Below, one piece after another: positions 1-9,599 of a stretch of 63,835 nucleotides of DNA (position 1 is its first letter; every line of letters begins with the position of its first letter). The DNA is from a virus (Duplodnaviria; Caudoviricetes), in the IMG/VR virus record IMGVR_UViG_3300042922_000736, positions 1 through 63,835 of that record, one strand, 5' to 3'. Both the position numbers and the translations under genes were made by a program. The notes beneath the pieces were generated by a model. The model ran no database searches, was not told the origin of the DNA, and saw only the letters and a list, made by a program, of their open reading frames with translations.

Positions 1-51
1 TCCTTTGCTAGGTTCCGCCCGCCCCACCGGCGCCTCGTCGCGCCCCGGCAA

Positions 52-127
52 GGGCCTGTAGCTCAATGGTTAGAGCCGGCCGCTCATAACGGTCTGGTTG
101 CAGGTTCGAGTCCTGCCGGGCCCACCA
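52..127 (+). tRNA. tRNA with CAT anticodon (probably Ile2, lysidine-modified; Met not excluded); prophage integration target
   Basis: GGGCCTG/CGGGCCC acceptor stem, TAGCTCAATGGTTAGAGC D arm, CTCATAA anticodon loop, GGTTCGAGTCC T arm, ACCA end; 76 nt. Confidence 0.93.
80..127 (+). repeat. att core, left copy (48 bp)
   Basis: CCGCTCATAACGGTCTGGTTGCAGGTTCGAGTCCTGCCGGGCCCACCA, identical to 63709-63756. Confidence 0.95.
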
Positions 128-230
128 ACGTTTTCAAGTGGTTATCTACTTGTTGAGTTGGCACCGCCAATGAAATCGCCAACGAAACCCATCTGTCGCA
201 ACCCCACGCCACCTCCCGCGTTCTCTCCCC

Positions 231-551
231 ATGATCCCGATGCGTCCGGTTCATGTGTGGGAGAGCGGCGGCGTTCGGCGCACGCTGACGACGATCGAAG
301 GCGCGGCCGAGTTCCTGGTCGAGAAGTGGCCGGACGAATTCCGCAGCGAGCCGCTGTACCTCATCGCGCAGCAGACCGCGCTCGACATCCTTGAGGGGCG
401 GCGTCGGCCGAACGAGATGCCCGCGCTTATGAACGCCGCAGCCGACGCTGCTGGCATCCTCGTGCTGCGCGACATTCTGGCCGAACCGGATCCGGTCTTG
501 CCTGGCCACATTGCCCAGCCGTGGCGCTTCCGCAGGAAGCGGCGGCGTTAG
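231..551 (+). CDS. DUF982-like protein
   Basis: PVHVW...RTLTTIEGAAEFLVEKWP...AAADAAGIL pattern typical of rhizobial DUF982. Confidence 0.7.
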   Translation: MIPMRPVHVWESGGVRRTLTTIEGAAEFLVEKWPDEFRSEPLYLIAQQTALDILEGRRRPNEMPALMNAAADAAGILVLRDILAEPDPVLPGHIAQPWRFRRKRRR

Positions 552-805
552 CGGGCGGCCTCTGCCAGCCACGCATCGTCCTCGCCCAGCGGAATCTGCG
601 TCGCCACGACACCCTTGTGACCGCAATGAGCGCACCGCATCCGGCGGGCCATGTAGTCCAGCCCGGCCATCTCCCCGACATTGCTGAGCTCGATTAGCTG
701 CCGCGCCGTGAAGACGGCGCGATGCCGGCATGACGCGCACTCGACGCCGAGCACGTGGTTGGAGTGCATCATGCGATAAACGTTCGGACCTGGCTGGTAG
801 ATCAT
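548..805 (-). CDS. Small zinc-ribbon protein, probably SOS-regulated
   Basis: CASC and CAHC motifs; LexA box next to the likely ATG (start uncertain). Confidence 0.6.
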   Translation of the reverse strand: MIYQPGPNVYRMMHSNHVLGVECASCRHRAVFTARQLIELSNVGEMAGLDYMARRMRCAHCGHKGVVATQIPLGEDDAWLAEAAR

Positions 806-808
806 GTG

Positions 809-823
809 GAACAAAATAGGAAC
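809..823. promoter_or_regulatory. Alphaproteobacterial LexA (SOS) box
   Basis: GAAC-AAAATAG-GAAC matches GAAC-N7-GAAC. Confidence 0.7.
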
Positions 824-844
824 GTGTTGAGCATGGCGCAACAC

Positions 845-880
845 AAAAAAGAACCCCGCCGCCGGTTAGGGCGACGGGGT
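845..880 (-). terminator. Intrinsic terminator for the leftward transcript
   Basis: ACCCCGCCGCC...GGCGACGGGGT hairpin next to an A-tract (U-tract on minus strand). Confidence 0.6.
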
Positions 881-901
881 GGGCTATGCGTTGGCGGCGA
901 G

Positions 902-1135
902 CTATTCGGCGTTCAGTGCGAGCAACTGCCACGACGTCATTGGCCGCTTGCCGGTGGGTGATACCATGAGAGCCATCCGCTCCTCTGGGTGCCCAGCCGA
1001 CGGCTCGACGATGATGCCGTATTCCGTCGGGTCTGATATCAGATATTCGACCGTCTTGCCGTCTGGCAACGTCACTACGACCTCACACGCGCCGTTGCGG
1101 CGCCACCGGACCCGAAGTCCGCTCGCATCTGTCAT
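902..1135 (-). CDS. Hypothetical protein
   Basis: 77-aa ORF with GAGGAG ribosome-binding site. Confidence 0.55.
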   Translation of the reverse strand: MTDASGLRVRWRRNGACEVVVTLPDGKTVEYLISDPTEYGIIVEPSAGHPEERMALMVSPTGKRPMTSWQLLALNAE

Positions 1136-1191
1136 GGGCGCTCCTCAATGCACATGACGTGAAGCATAGCACGTCGCGTCGATTTCGCCCA

Positions 1192-1539
1192 TCACGCCGC
1201 CTCCAGTGCAATGGCTACATCGACCATATCTCGGAGCCTGAGTAGGTCGTCGCGCTCATAGATGAGGAAGAGCGCACCGTCCTCGTACAGGCCGTCGCGG
1301 GCGACGGCGTCTTGCATCGGGTAGGAAGCCCCGGCCCGCTCCATCTCCTCCAGTCGATCCAGCCACTCGCCTGTGTCGTCGCTGGCAATGCCGGCTGGAT
1401 CGAGCTCGTACCAGTCGTTGTCGCCGGCGTTATCGTCTTTGATGCACAGGCCGCCGAACGCCCAGCGACTACCGGCCTTCACGAAAAAGGTTCCGGCCGG
1501 CAGTGCCAGGAACCCAGCGCGATCGACCATCCGCATCAC
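1192..1539 (-). CDS. Hypothetical phage protein
   Basis: Start overlaps the stop of the upstream gene. Confidence 0.6.
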   Translation of the reverse strand: MMRMVDRAGFLALPAGTFFVKAGSRWAFGGLCIKDDNAGDNDWYELDPAGIASDDTGEWLDRLEEMERAGASYPMQDAVARDGLYEDGALFLIYERDDLLRLRDMVDVAIALEAA

Positions 1540-2261
1540 GCCGCCTCCTCAACCTGCACCACGCCCCGCGCCATCTCATCATAGGCGGCGAGCGCATAGT
1601 CGATCTGCCGGTGCAGCGCGTCCACGCCCTGCGTGTTCATGAGCAGCGTGTCGGCGGCGGGTCGGTACCCTTCCGACGAATGCCCGCCGGCGATGCCGCC
1701 GCGGCCCTGCAGTTCAAAGATGCGCCCGCCGAGCTCGCGCACCCTCGCCGCCTCGTTCTCGTAGCGGCAGTCGTCGGTGACGACGCGCCCGCCTTGGTCC
1801 AGAACGTCGGCCACGGTCTCATACCAAGCATTGACCCACAGATCCGGGCCGATGAGGTCTCGAGCCCATTCCTTACCGAGGCTCTGCATAGCCCAGCGTG
1901 GCGTCTTCCCGCACAGCAGCTTGGACGGCACCTCTTTTAGGCTGCCCTCGATATGCTCGTCGGTCATGCCGATGGCGCGGAGCATCTGCTTCAGCGGACC
2001 AGCGAACTTCACCAGCACGTAGCCGTGCCGCTCAATGAGGTGCCGTGCCGCGGTGGACTTGCCGGAGCCCGCTGGTCCGGCAAGCGCGATGACGTCGGGA
2101 TAGGTGGGAAGCCCCTGGAAAGCCCGTAGGCCGTTGGACGTTCGTGCGTCCTCGTTGTCGTTGGCCGGGCTGGAGCCCATGGTGAGCCGCATGCCGGCGG
2201 GCACTGCGAACCCAGGCTGCTCGCCGCCGACAGCGGCGTGGAAGTCCTCAACAATGCCCAT
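1536..2261 (-). CDS. Deoxynucleoside monophosphate kinase
   Basis: Walker A GPAGSGKST, FAGPLKQML, TPRWAMQSLG, DDCRYENE motifs. Confidence 0.85.
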   Translation of the reverse strand: MGIVEDFHAAVGGEQPGFAVPAGMRLTMGSSPANDNEDARTSNGLRAFQGLPTYPDVIALAGPAGSGKSTAARHLIERHGYVLVKFAGPLKQMLRAIGMTDEHIEGSLKEVPSKLLCGKTPRWAMQSLGKEWARDLIGPDLWVNAWYETVADVLDQGGRVVTDDCRYENEAARVRELGGRIFELQGRGGIAGGHSSEGYRPAADTLLMNTQGVDALHRQIDYALAAYDEMARGVVQVEEAA

Positions 2262-2971
2262 CAGCGTTTCCTCGGCAATTCATTGATAAGGTCGTCAACC
2301 AGCACGATCGCCTGCCGCAGCCCGTCGGAACCAGGTACGCCCCCAAGATGCCCGCCCCTGCCGGCCTCATAGCCCGACACCCAGCAGCGCACCTTGGTTA
2401 GCTCACGACGTATCGTGCCGATGTCGGTCAGCGTACGGTTGCCAGGCAGCAACGTCCTGCTTTTCCCCATCACACCACCTCCTCAATTTCCCGCGCCTGC
2501 TCCCCGCTCACCAGCGGCCGGAACCGCCACGCGGCGAACGGCTTCTCGAAGTCCCGAATTTCCCCGCCGACGGTGTACGGGGCGACCTCGTTGCGGATCT
2601 CCTCGAGCAACACGCCCTCCTCGCCGAAGTGGTCCACGACGATGTCGCGGATGGTATATGTCTCGCCTACCCGCACGGACACGTTCTCGTCGCCGTAGCC
2701 CAGGATGCCGAGGCGATCGGTGCTGATGCAGGTGACGCGTTGCCCGCGATGGAGGGTCATTTGACCCTCGCAATGCTGGTGACGCGGCGCGACCAAGCAC
2801 GGGGCATATGGCAGGACATGGCCACACGCTCCGCATCATTCCAATCCCGCGCCGGGACGGTGAGTGTGATGTCACGCGTCTCGTAATCGAGCTCTGTGGA
2901 GTCGAGATAGGGGTGCCGTCCGTCCAGATGCACGCCCACCACGAAAGTCGACTTCGGCCTACTCCAGAACA

Positions 2972-3526
2972 TCACCCCATCCCCCAATCCAGATACACCA
3001 CCGGCTTGCCGGCAGCGGTGAACTCCGCAATTTCGTGCTGCACGCCGGCGCTCTCTTCCCAGCCCGGCATTTTGACGACGACGCAGGCTTCGGCGACGCG
3101 TACCCACGGTGCGTCGACGCGCTGCCAGAGCTCGCCGTCCACCTTATCGAGCCGGCCGACGGTCGCCACGGCATGACTGTGTGCGATAGGGCTGAGCGGG
3201 CTAAGGCCGTAGTCGATGAGCCGGGCCGTCACCTCCGCCGCGTCATAGGCCGCAGCGGCGTGCCCGTGGCCGTACTTCGTGTAGGGCGTGGCGACATAGA
3301 CGGCCTTGCCGATGAGGTCGTCGAGGGCCCAGGTGCGGTTGTCGTTGGCATATGACACCGCCTCATCCCACGTCGGCGTAGGCTGCGCCCACCTCGGCAT
3401 CTCCGCCATGCCGTACTTGCGCGGCACGTCCACCACCTCCTTGCCCACATCGTTTCCCCAGGCCACCTCTCGGCTCGGCGCCTCGTCATACCCCCGCGCG
3501 ATGCGGGCTGCGGTTGGGCAGGTCAT
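2972..3526 (-). CDS. DUF1937/DUF4406-like protein (nucleoside 2-deoxyribosyltransferase-like fold)
   Basis: VYVATPYT, SPIAHSH, GWEESAGVQHEI...GKPV. Confidence 0.7.
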   Translation of the reverse strand: MTCPTAARIARGYDEAPSREVAWGNDVGKEVVDVPRKYGMAEMPRWAQPTPTWDEAVSYANDNRTWALDDLIGKAVYVATPYTKYGHGHAAAAYDAAEVTARLIDYGLSPLSPIAHSHAVATVGRLDKVDGELWQRVDAPWVRVAEACVVVKMPGWEESAGVQHEIAEFTAAGKPVVYLDWGMG

Positions 3527-3934
3527 TTCAGCGGCTCCGCCCCCATCTCCAAGGCGCAAGCCTCGATGGCTCGCGCGAGATGCATCGCGAGTTGCGGGGC
3601 GGCGCATATCCGGCCGCCGTACTCCTCCAGCCCGTCGATTTCGACGAGGCCGAGCCCATCCACGTCCGGCTGCACCCGGACGTGCGCGCCCAGGTCGTTG
3701 TCGAACACCTTGCGTGTCACCTCAATTTCGTAGCTCACGACAATCCCCCAAACAGCCAGAGCAGCCCGACGACGGGTAGGAAAACCTGCCACGCCAGCAC
3801 GCTCACCACACCGAGCGCGACCATGGCGCCGACTATCACCGAGGCTATGGCGTCGTTGCGCCGGGCCTTGCGGCGGATCTTTTCGCGCGCCTCTTCAATC
3901 GTGAGGCGGCCGGACTTGACGTCGTCCAGGATGG

Positions 3935-4273
3935 TCATGCGGGCCTCCGCAGGCTATCGATCGCCGCCCTATCCGGGTGGCGATAGTTACAGAGCACCTC
4001 GGGAAGCTCGGCATACCGCCCGCGCTCTTTGGCGTTCACATAAAGCTGCTGCTGGCACCATCTCGGGAACTCGTCGTCGAATTCCTCGAGCAGTCGCGCC
4101 ATCTTGCCCTGCCACTCCTCTGGCATCGCGTGCATGAGCGAGCGCGGCATGGTCAGCCAAGAGGCTCGCGACAGACCAAACCAGCGCCATAGGCGCTCGT
4201 CACCCGGCAGGGCCTCGTGCTCGGCGTGGATCTGGTCAATCAACGCCTGATCTTCGGGGCTGTATTCGCTCAC
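3935..4273 (-). CDS. Hypothetical phage protein
   Basis: Coupled ORF with WFGLSRASWLTMPRSLMHAMP. Confidence 0.6.
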   Translation of the reverse strand: MSEYSPEDQALIDQIHAEHEALPGDERLWRWFGLSRASWLTMPRSLMHAMPEEWQGKMARLLEEFDDEFPRWCQQQLYVNAKERGRYAELPEVLCNYRHPDRAAIDSLRRPA

Positions 4274-5541
4274 CCCGCCCTCCTCATCTGCGGTTCATTG
4301 TCGTTCGCGGCTTCCGGAGCGCTCCACCCGCTCACCATCTCCGGCGTGAGCACGATGCGGGACACCTCGCCGAACTTGCGGTGATACGTGATGACCTTCG
4401 CGCTGCGGCCCGACAGCCAACCGCCATTCGCGGCGTAGGCGTCAGCAGCGGCCAGCGTCTCGTGCCGCTCCACCTTCATCAGGTTAGTCGACTTGAGCTC
4501 GTCGCTGTGCAGGTGGCCGAGGTGCGCGTAGCTGAAGCGCGTCCGGCCGTAGGCTTCGCGGAACCTGCCGGCGAACACGCTGTCGACGTTGCCGATCTTC
4601 CGCCGATGGCCGTGATGGAAGAACAGCGACACGTCGCCGTGCTCATAGGCGTAGTAGGTGCCGGCCGTGCTATCGACCGTGATGCGCGGCTCGTCTTCGT
4701 AGAACGCGGCGAACATCTCGCGCAGCCACGCCTCGGAGGCCGGGTCGTGGTTGGCGTCCGCCATGATGACGTGCACCTTGCGGTGCTTCTGCAGCAGCAT
4801 GGCGATGATGCGACGCAGGCACCGGATGGCCACCCGCACCACCTTCTGCAGGCGGCTGTCGGAATCCAGGATGTGCCCGCTCGTGGGCGTCTTGGACTCC
4901 CATCCGTCGTAGTGCAACAGGTCGCCGATCTGCGCCAGCACCGCCGTCTCTGCCGCCGGCGACATCTCGATTGCCGCGGCGAACCAGTCGATGATCAGCC
5001 GCTCCCCGATGTCGAGGTCCCAGTCCGCGCCGGTTTCCTCGCGCCAGGACAGCATGCCGAGGTGTAGGTCGGTGATGGCGAACATGTTGAGCAGGTCACC
5101 ATGCACGCGCTTGATGCTGATAGGCTCAGGAGCGGCCCGCGGAATCTCCTCCTTGAACGCCGCAACTGCGGCGCGCATGGCCTCGGCTTGGGCTTGCTGG
5201 TCGACTTCGTATCGCGTCCAGTCCTGGATGACCCGACCATCCGCGTCGCGGTTCACCGTGATCTTGCCGAGGACGTGGGTCGGCGGCTGGACGAACACCT
5301 CCCCGTGCTCGCGGACCTGCCGCACCCATGCGTCGCCTTGCTTGCTGGCGATGCTGGCGATTTCAAAGCCGGGCACGACGGGCGACGTGCCAAGCATGCC
5401 GAGATTGCCGGCCGCCTTCAGCCGACGCCGCATCGAGTCGCGCTTCATGCCCATGGCGTCGGCCGCGGCCTGCTTGTTACGCCCGTTGGCGAGGTACGCC
5501 GCGACGCATTCGGCGAGGTGCTCTTCGGTGTGGGTGGTCAC
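4270..5541 (-). CDS. Calcineurin-like metallophosphoesterase with N-terminal HTH
   Basis: DLH, GD, NHD, HHGH, GHLH motifs; NKQAAADAMGM HTH. Confidence 0.8.
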   Translation of the reverse strand: MTTHTEEHLAECVAAYLANGRNKQAAADAMGMKRDSMRRRLKAAGNLGMLGTSPVVPGFEIASIASKQGDAWVRQVREHGEVFVQPPTHVLGKITVNRDADGRVIQDWTRYEVDQQAQAEAMRAAVAAFKEEIPRAAPEPISIKRVHGDLLNMFAITDLHLGMLSWREETGADWDLDIGERLIIDWFAAAIEMSPAAETAVLAQIGDLLHYDGWESKTPTSGHILDSDSRLQKVVRVAIRCLRRIIAMLLQKHRKVHVIMADANHDPASEAWLREMFAAFYEDEPRITVDSTAGTYYAYEHGDVSLFFHHGHRRKIGNVDSVFAGRFREAYGRTRFSYAHLGHLHSDELKSTNLMKVERHETLAAADAYAANGGWLSGRSAKVITYHRKFGEVSRIVLTPEMVSGWSAPEAANDNEPQMRRAG

Positions 5542-5780
5542 GCGGAGGCGCCTCCAGAAAGCAGAGCAAGCCCGGCCTCGGTGGGCTCGAACATGCGCTT
5601 GGTGACGTCGAAGTGGGACGGGCGGTAAACGTCGAGCACACCAACCTCCGGCGGGATGGTGATGCTAGCCTTGGCGCCACGAAGGTAGAGCCCGCCCCCT
5701 ACGGCGGCTCCATAGTGGTGTTCGTTGTCGAGCAGCCACTGCACCACCTCTGCCGCAGTCGGCTTCTTGCCTCTGGCCAT
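5538..5780 (-). CDS. Hypothetical protein
   Basis: AGGAGG ribosome-binding site upstream of MARGKK. Confidence 0.55.
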   Translation of the reverse strand: MARGKKPTAAEVVQWLLDNEHHYGAAVGGGLYLRGAKASITIPPEVGVLDVYRPSHFDVTKRMFEPTEAGLALLSGGASA

Positions 5781-5835
5781 ATTCCCCTCCTGAAACGAAA
5801 AAAGGCGCCGCCACCCCTTCGGGCAGCGGCGGATA

Positions 5836-6468
5836 TCAGCGGGCCATGAGCCCACAAACGGCGGAACCGGGCACGACGAAGCCGAAGCCGGTGAAGGACA
5901 CAGAATCCTCGCCCATGCGATGCAGCATGGTCCCGACGGAAATTCCGACCAGGCGTCCGTTGGCGACGACACCGCCACCGGACATGCCGTTGATCATGGA
6001 TCCGTTGACGGTAAAAACGCTGGCCCAATGACCGCGCCGCACAGCCGCGCCGACCACCTCACCGGAGGCCGAAACAAAGTCGATGGCGCTAGGATTGCCG
6101 TAGGCCGTATAGTGAGTGCCGACTGGCGGCTCGTCGCATGACAAAGGGACCGATGCCACGTCGCCGTAATCTGCAATGCGCAGCAACGCGATGTCGTAGT
6201 TGTCGTTGGCCCAGAGGACTTCTGTGTTCTTCTCGACGCCGGTGCTAATCAGCACCTTGGGAGATCCCTGCGCCACCACATGTTGGGCGGTCAGCACGTA
6301 GCCGCCCCCAACATGAACACCCGACCCATGGCCGGTAGGCAGTACGATCTTCACCGCGAAGGAGGCGACGGGGGCGGCAGGCCGAGCAAGGCCGGGCGCC
6401 CCCAGGGAGCAGTAAAGGCCGATGGCGCAGATAATCACCAGCGCCGCGCCAAACAGTCGACCGAACAT
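5836..6468 (-). CDS. Trypsin-like (S1) serine protease with N-terminal signal or anchor
   Basis: GSG...LTAQHVV (His), DIALL (Asp), GMSGGG (Ser). Confidence 0.85.
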   Translation of the reverse strand: MFGRLFGAALVIICAIGLYCSLGAPGLARPAAPVASFAVKIVLPTGHGSGVHVGGGYVLTAQHVVAQGSPKVLISTGVEKNTEVLWANDNYDIALLRIADYGDVASVPLSCDEPPVGTHYTAYGNPSAIDFVSASGEVVGAAVRRGHWASVFTVNGSMINGMSGGGVVANGRLVGISVGTMLHRMGEDSVSFTGFGFVVPGSAVCGLMAR

Positions 6469-6587
6469 GCCAAGCCCTCCAGCCCAGCAGCCGCAACCCC
6501 GCGTCGCGACTTTCTGACCTGTAAGTGTTGTTTTCGCGGGAAAACGCCGGTCGATTTCGTGCAGATGTCCGCCGGACTCCACAGGTT

Positions 6588-6896
6588 TCAGCGAGGCAGC
6601 GCCATGAGCAGCGCGGAGAGCTTCTCCCAGATGTACGCTCCTGCTGCGGCCAGCCCGCCGATCCAGCCAGCGCCCTTGGCGAAAGCGCCCCAGCCGAAGC
6701 GCATGACGCGCAAGCCGCCGCGGGCCTGTGTCAGGAGTTCCTTGATCTCGGCCACGTCGTCGCGCACCGAAGCGAAGTCCGCCTTTACGCTGCGGAACTC
6801 TCCGCGCACCTCGTCCCGGAATTCTTCGTGGCGCTCCGTCAGGTGCTTGATGTCGCGCTCAACCACGGCGAGTCTTTCAAGTTCGGTGCGGGTCAT
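6588..6896 (-). CDS. Lysis-module coiled-coil membrane protein
   Basis: ERLAVVERDI coiled coil plus C-terminal hydrophobic segment; position in lysis cluster. Confidence 0.55.
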   Translation of the reverse strand: MTRTELERLAVVERDIKHLTERHEEFRDEVRGEFRSVKADFASVRDDVAEIKELLTQARGGLRVMRFGWGAFAKGAGWIGGLAAAGAYIWEKLSALLMALPR

Positions 6897-7291
6897 TTGC
6901 GCAGCCTCCGCCCAACAAGCGCTGTGGCGTCGCCAATGATGATCGCGGGTATAAGGATCAGCGCCATGTCGTTGACGGCGGTCGGCACGGCCTGGATGAC
7001 GAAGTTCGTGCCGAGGTTCGGGTTGAGGATGCTGACGGCATAGATCAGCGCCCAATGCACGCCCCACGGCATGACAATGAGCCACCGCCCGATGCGGGTC
7101 GCGGACCAGCGGTCCTGCGCCTCGGCGAGTGCGATATCGCGCGCCGTCTCAATCCGCTTGATGGTGAGGTCGGCTTCGATGCGCTCAGCGTCGTTCTTGG
7201 CCGCCTCGCGGACCTTGTACGCCTCGAGCAGCGGGCCGGTGAACTGCTTGATCACGCCGCCGCCGAGCCAGGAGAGGATGGTGGCCAGCAT
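6893..7291 (-). CDS. Membrane protein, holin-like
   Basis: Two to three hydrophobic segments, downstream of the endolysin. Confidence 0.55.
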   Translation of the reverse strand: MLATILSWLGGGVIKQFTGPLLEAYKVREAAKNDAERIEADLTIKRIETARDIALAEAQDRWSATRIGRWLIVMPWGVHWALIYAVSILNPNLGTNFVIQAVPTAVNDMALILIPAIIIGDATALVGRRLRK

Positions 7292-7375
7292 CTCAGTGGC
7301 CCCCCATGCCTTCATTGGGCGGCGGCGAGATGGCCACCACCAGAAGCAGCAGGAAGATGACCGTGGCGAGCGCGA

Positions 7376-7579
7376 TCACGTCGGCCACCCGAAGCGCTTG
7401 GCGAGCCAGTACCAGCCCTCGACTGCAGCACCGAGCGCGAGGCCGGCGCCAGCCTCCACCAACATCATGATGTCGGGGTCGTTGACGATGAAGTCGCTGT
7501 CTGCCGCGGACAGCAACCCCTTGGCCAGCAGCAGGCCGGCGAGGTAGCGCAGAGCGATACGAGCGAAGGCTCCGGTCAT
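7376..7579 (-). CDS. Putative holin
   Basis: ARIALRYLAGLLLAKG...AVEGWYWLAKRFGW, two TM segments, overlaps endolysin stop. Confidence 0.65.
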   Translation of the reverse strand: MTGAFARIALRYLAGLLLAKGLLSAADSDFIVNDPDIMMLVEAGAGLALGAAVEGWYWLAKRFGWPT

Positions 7580-8316
7580 TTCGCGCTCCTCTTGATGATG
7601 CCGATGATGAAAGCGATGAGCGCCGCCCATCCCGTTGGGGCGGGCGCGGCGGGCGCCTTGACATCGTCCGGGGTGTAATAGTCGCGACCGGGCCGCGGCC
7701 CGCTTACGGTCACGACGGGGTCGGCGGGCTTGTCGCCCGGCTGCGGGGCGGCGGCAGCACCCCAGCCCGCGGCTTTGAGCGCGGCCAGGAAGTCCCGGTG
7801 ATATCCGGCGATCGTCGCGGCCTTGTCCGTGCCGTTGATGATCTTGCGCGCGTTGACGGGGTCGTCAATCTGCGCTGAGAAGTAGTGCACCAGCTTGCGG
7901 CCCGTGAACCACCCCCCGACCATGCCGCGGAACATGATGGCCGCCGCGATGCCGGGATCGAGCGCGAGGTCGAAGTTCTTCAGGAGCTTGCCGCCGAGCC
8001 CAAGTTCCTTGTCGGCGCGCTCGTAGTTGTCGTCCCAGGTAAGCTGCACGTAGCCGCGGCCATACGGAACCTGCCCGTACTTGCCCTTGACACCGTACTT
8101 GCGGCCCTTCCCTCGCCCATACTCGGCGATAGGCTGCATGGTGCAAGCGGTCTCCCAATAGGCGGTCGCCAGCGCATAGGCGACGTGACGCACGTCAGAG
8201 ATGCCGTATTTGGCCGCCCCGTCGAGGATGGCATTGAGGCCATCCACCTGATCTTGCGAGAGCGAGCCGCCAAACGGCTTCGCGCGCACGCGGTCGAAGA
8301 AGACCGTGCGGTCCAT
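7576..8316 (-). CDS. Endolysin, GH19-like
   Basis: AYALATAYWET, YGRGYVQLTW, ARKIINGTD. Confidence 0.9.
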   Translation of the reverse strand: MDRTVFFDRVRAKPFGGSLSQDQVDGLNAILDGAAKYGISDVRHVAYALATAYWETACTMQPIAEYGRGKGRKYGVKGKYGQVPYGRGYVQLTWDDNYERADKELGLGGKLLKNFDLALDPGIAAAIMFRGMVGGWFTGRKLVHYFSAQIDDPVNARKIINGTDKAATIAGYHRDFLAALKAAGWGAAAAPQPGDKPADPVVTVSGPRPGRDYYTPDDVKAPAAPAPTGWAALIAFIIGIIKRSAK

Positions 8317-8370
8317 GTTGGATTCCGGGTTGTGTGTGGGGTGGTGGGCGCTAGCGCTGCTGCGCCTGCG

Positions 8371-8766
8371 TCACGGCTCGTCGTGGATGATCTGGAGGTG
8401 GAGCCCGCTCATGATCGACATGAAGAAGTCGTAGGGCTCGATTGGCGGGTCGAAGTTCGTGTTGAGCGACATCGCATTGCCAAACGCCAGCACATCGGCA
8501 TCAGTGGTGCCGTACTCGGTGAGGTCAACGCCCCCGGCCAGCGTGTCCAGAGCGCCCACCTTTAGGTGAGCCAGCGTCGTCCAGACCGGATCCGATGCCA
8601 TGGTGTGGCACGCCCAATGCGTCGGCGGCTCCTGCCCGTTAGCAGACAGCTTAATCGACAGCGTGGTGCCTGGCAGTCCGCCCCGGTCTTCGCCGATGGC
8701 GCAGAAAAAGCGGTTGCCGGCGTCGCGGTGTTCATTCGCCACGACGATCGCAGTGGATGTCAGCAT
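8371..8766 (-). CDS. Hypothetical protein (tail accessory region)
   Basis: Coupled to upstream ORF; PPTHWACH. Confidence 0.55.
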   Translation of the reverse strand: MLTSTAIVVANEHRDAGNRFFCAIGEDRGGLPGTTLSIKLSANGQEPPTHWACHTMASDPVWTTLAHLKVGALDTLAGGVDLTEYGTTDADVLAFGNAMSLNTNFDPPIEPYDFFMSIMSGLHLQIIHDEP

Positions 8767-9599
8767 CAGAAGGCTCCGGTCTTAGCGTTTACCCACGCCT
8801 CAGCCATGGCGAGCGTGGATGGTGTCGTCGCAGCGCCACGAACGATAAGGGAATAAAGCCGGCCGGTGATTGGCGCGGAGGTTCCGGCACGGCGACCGAT
8901 ATAAAGGGGGTAGTTGCCGTAAGGTCCGGTCCCCTGGTCGCCCGTGGCAGCCGCACCTGCCACGCCATTGATGCGAACAAGGTTGGTATCGCCGGCAACA
9001 TCGGCCTGACAGGTGATCACGGCGGTGACGGGCGCCGCCCCAACGGATCGTGATGCGCTTACGTTCGTCGTGCCCCGACTGAAGAAGGTGGCGTTGGTGT
9101 TGGAGGCCGCCGGAGGGATCGCTAGCAGGAAGGCGCCGTTGTTGGATGTCGCGACGGCTGACAACTCGACCACGGCGCCGAACGCCGAGTCACTCAGTTT
9201 GCGATAGCCGACGAACACAGACATCTGCGACGTCGATGTAAAGTTGATGGCGCTGGTGACAAGGAAATCATCCAGCCCGTCAAACGCGAGATAGTACCGA
9301 CCGCTGCCGTCCTGCTGCAGCGTTGGCTTGAACGACGCGTTCGATTGCGCGGCGTGATGCCCGCGCCCCGATTTATCGAGGATGCGTCCGACCGCCTGTC
9401 CAACTGCAGTGACGGGCATCGTGCCGGCGTCGTCCTGGAACAGGGTAGAAAAGTCTGAGGGGTCGTACCAGGCGCCCTGCTGCCCAGATGCGAACAGCAC
9501 CGACGGCGTCCACCAGATGGTGCGTCCGGCACATCGCATCTCGAGCACGCTGAGGCCCGCGAGGCGGATTTCGTGCCCTACAGTAAGATCAACCTGCAT
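8766..9599 (-). CDS. Virion-associated beta-sandwich (LamG-like) protein
   Basis: [32 protein letters not shown]. Confidence 0.6.
   Translation of the reverse strand: MQVDLTVGHEIRLAGLSVLEMRCAGRTIWWTPSVLFASGQQGAWYDPSDFSTLFQDDAGTMPVTAVGQAVGRILDKSGRGHHAAQSNASFKPTLQQDGSGRYYLAFDGLDDFLVTSAINFTSTSQMSVFVGYRKLSDSAFGAVVELSAVATSNNGAFLLAIPPAASNTNATFFSRGTTNVSASRSVGAAPVTAVITCQADVAGDTNLVRINGVAGAAATGDQGTGPYGNYPLYIGRRAGTSAPITGRLYSLIVRGAATTPSTLAMAEAWVNAKTGAF

Noticed and set aside
8312-8320. Self-target of guide unit 15 (TCCATGTTG at the endolysin start), and similar single-spacer hits such as 49583 and 53430
   Set aside because: Only one 9-mer matches fully and the partner half does not; such hits are expected by chance in 64 kb. 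I saw no full 18-nt self-target, but my search by eye was not exhaustive
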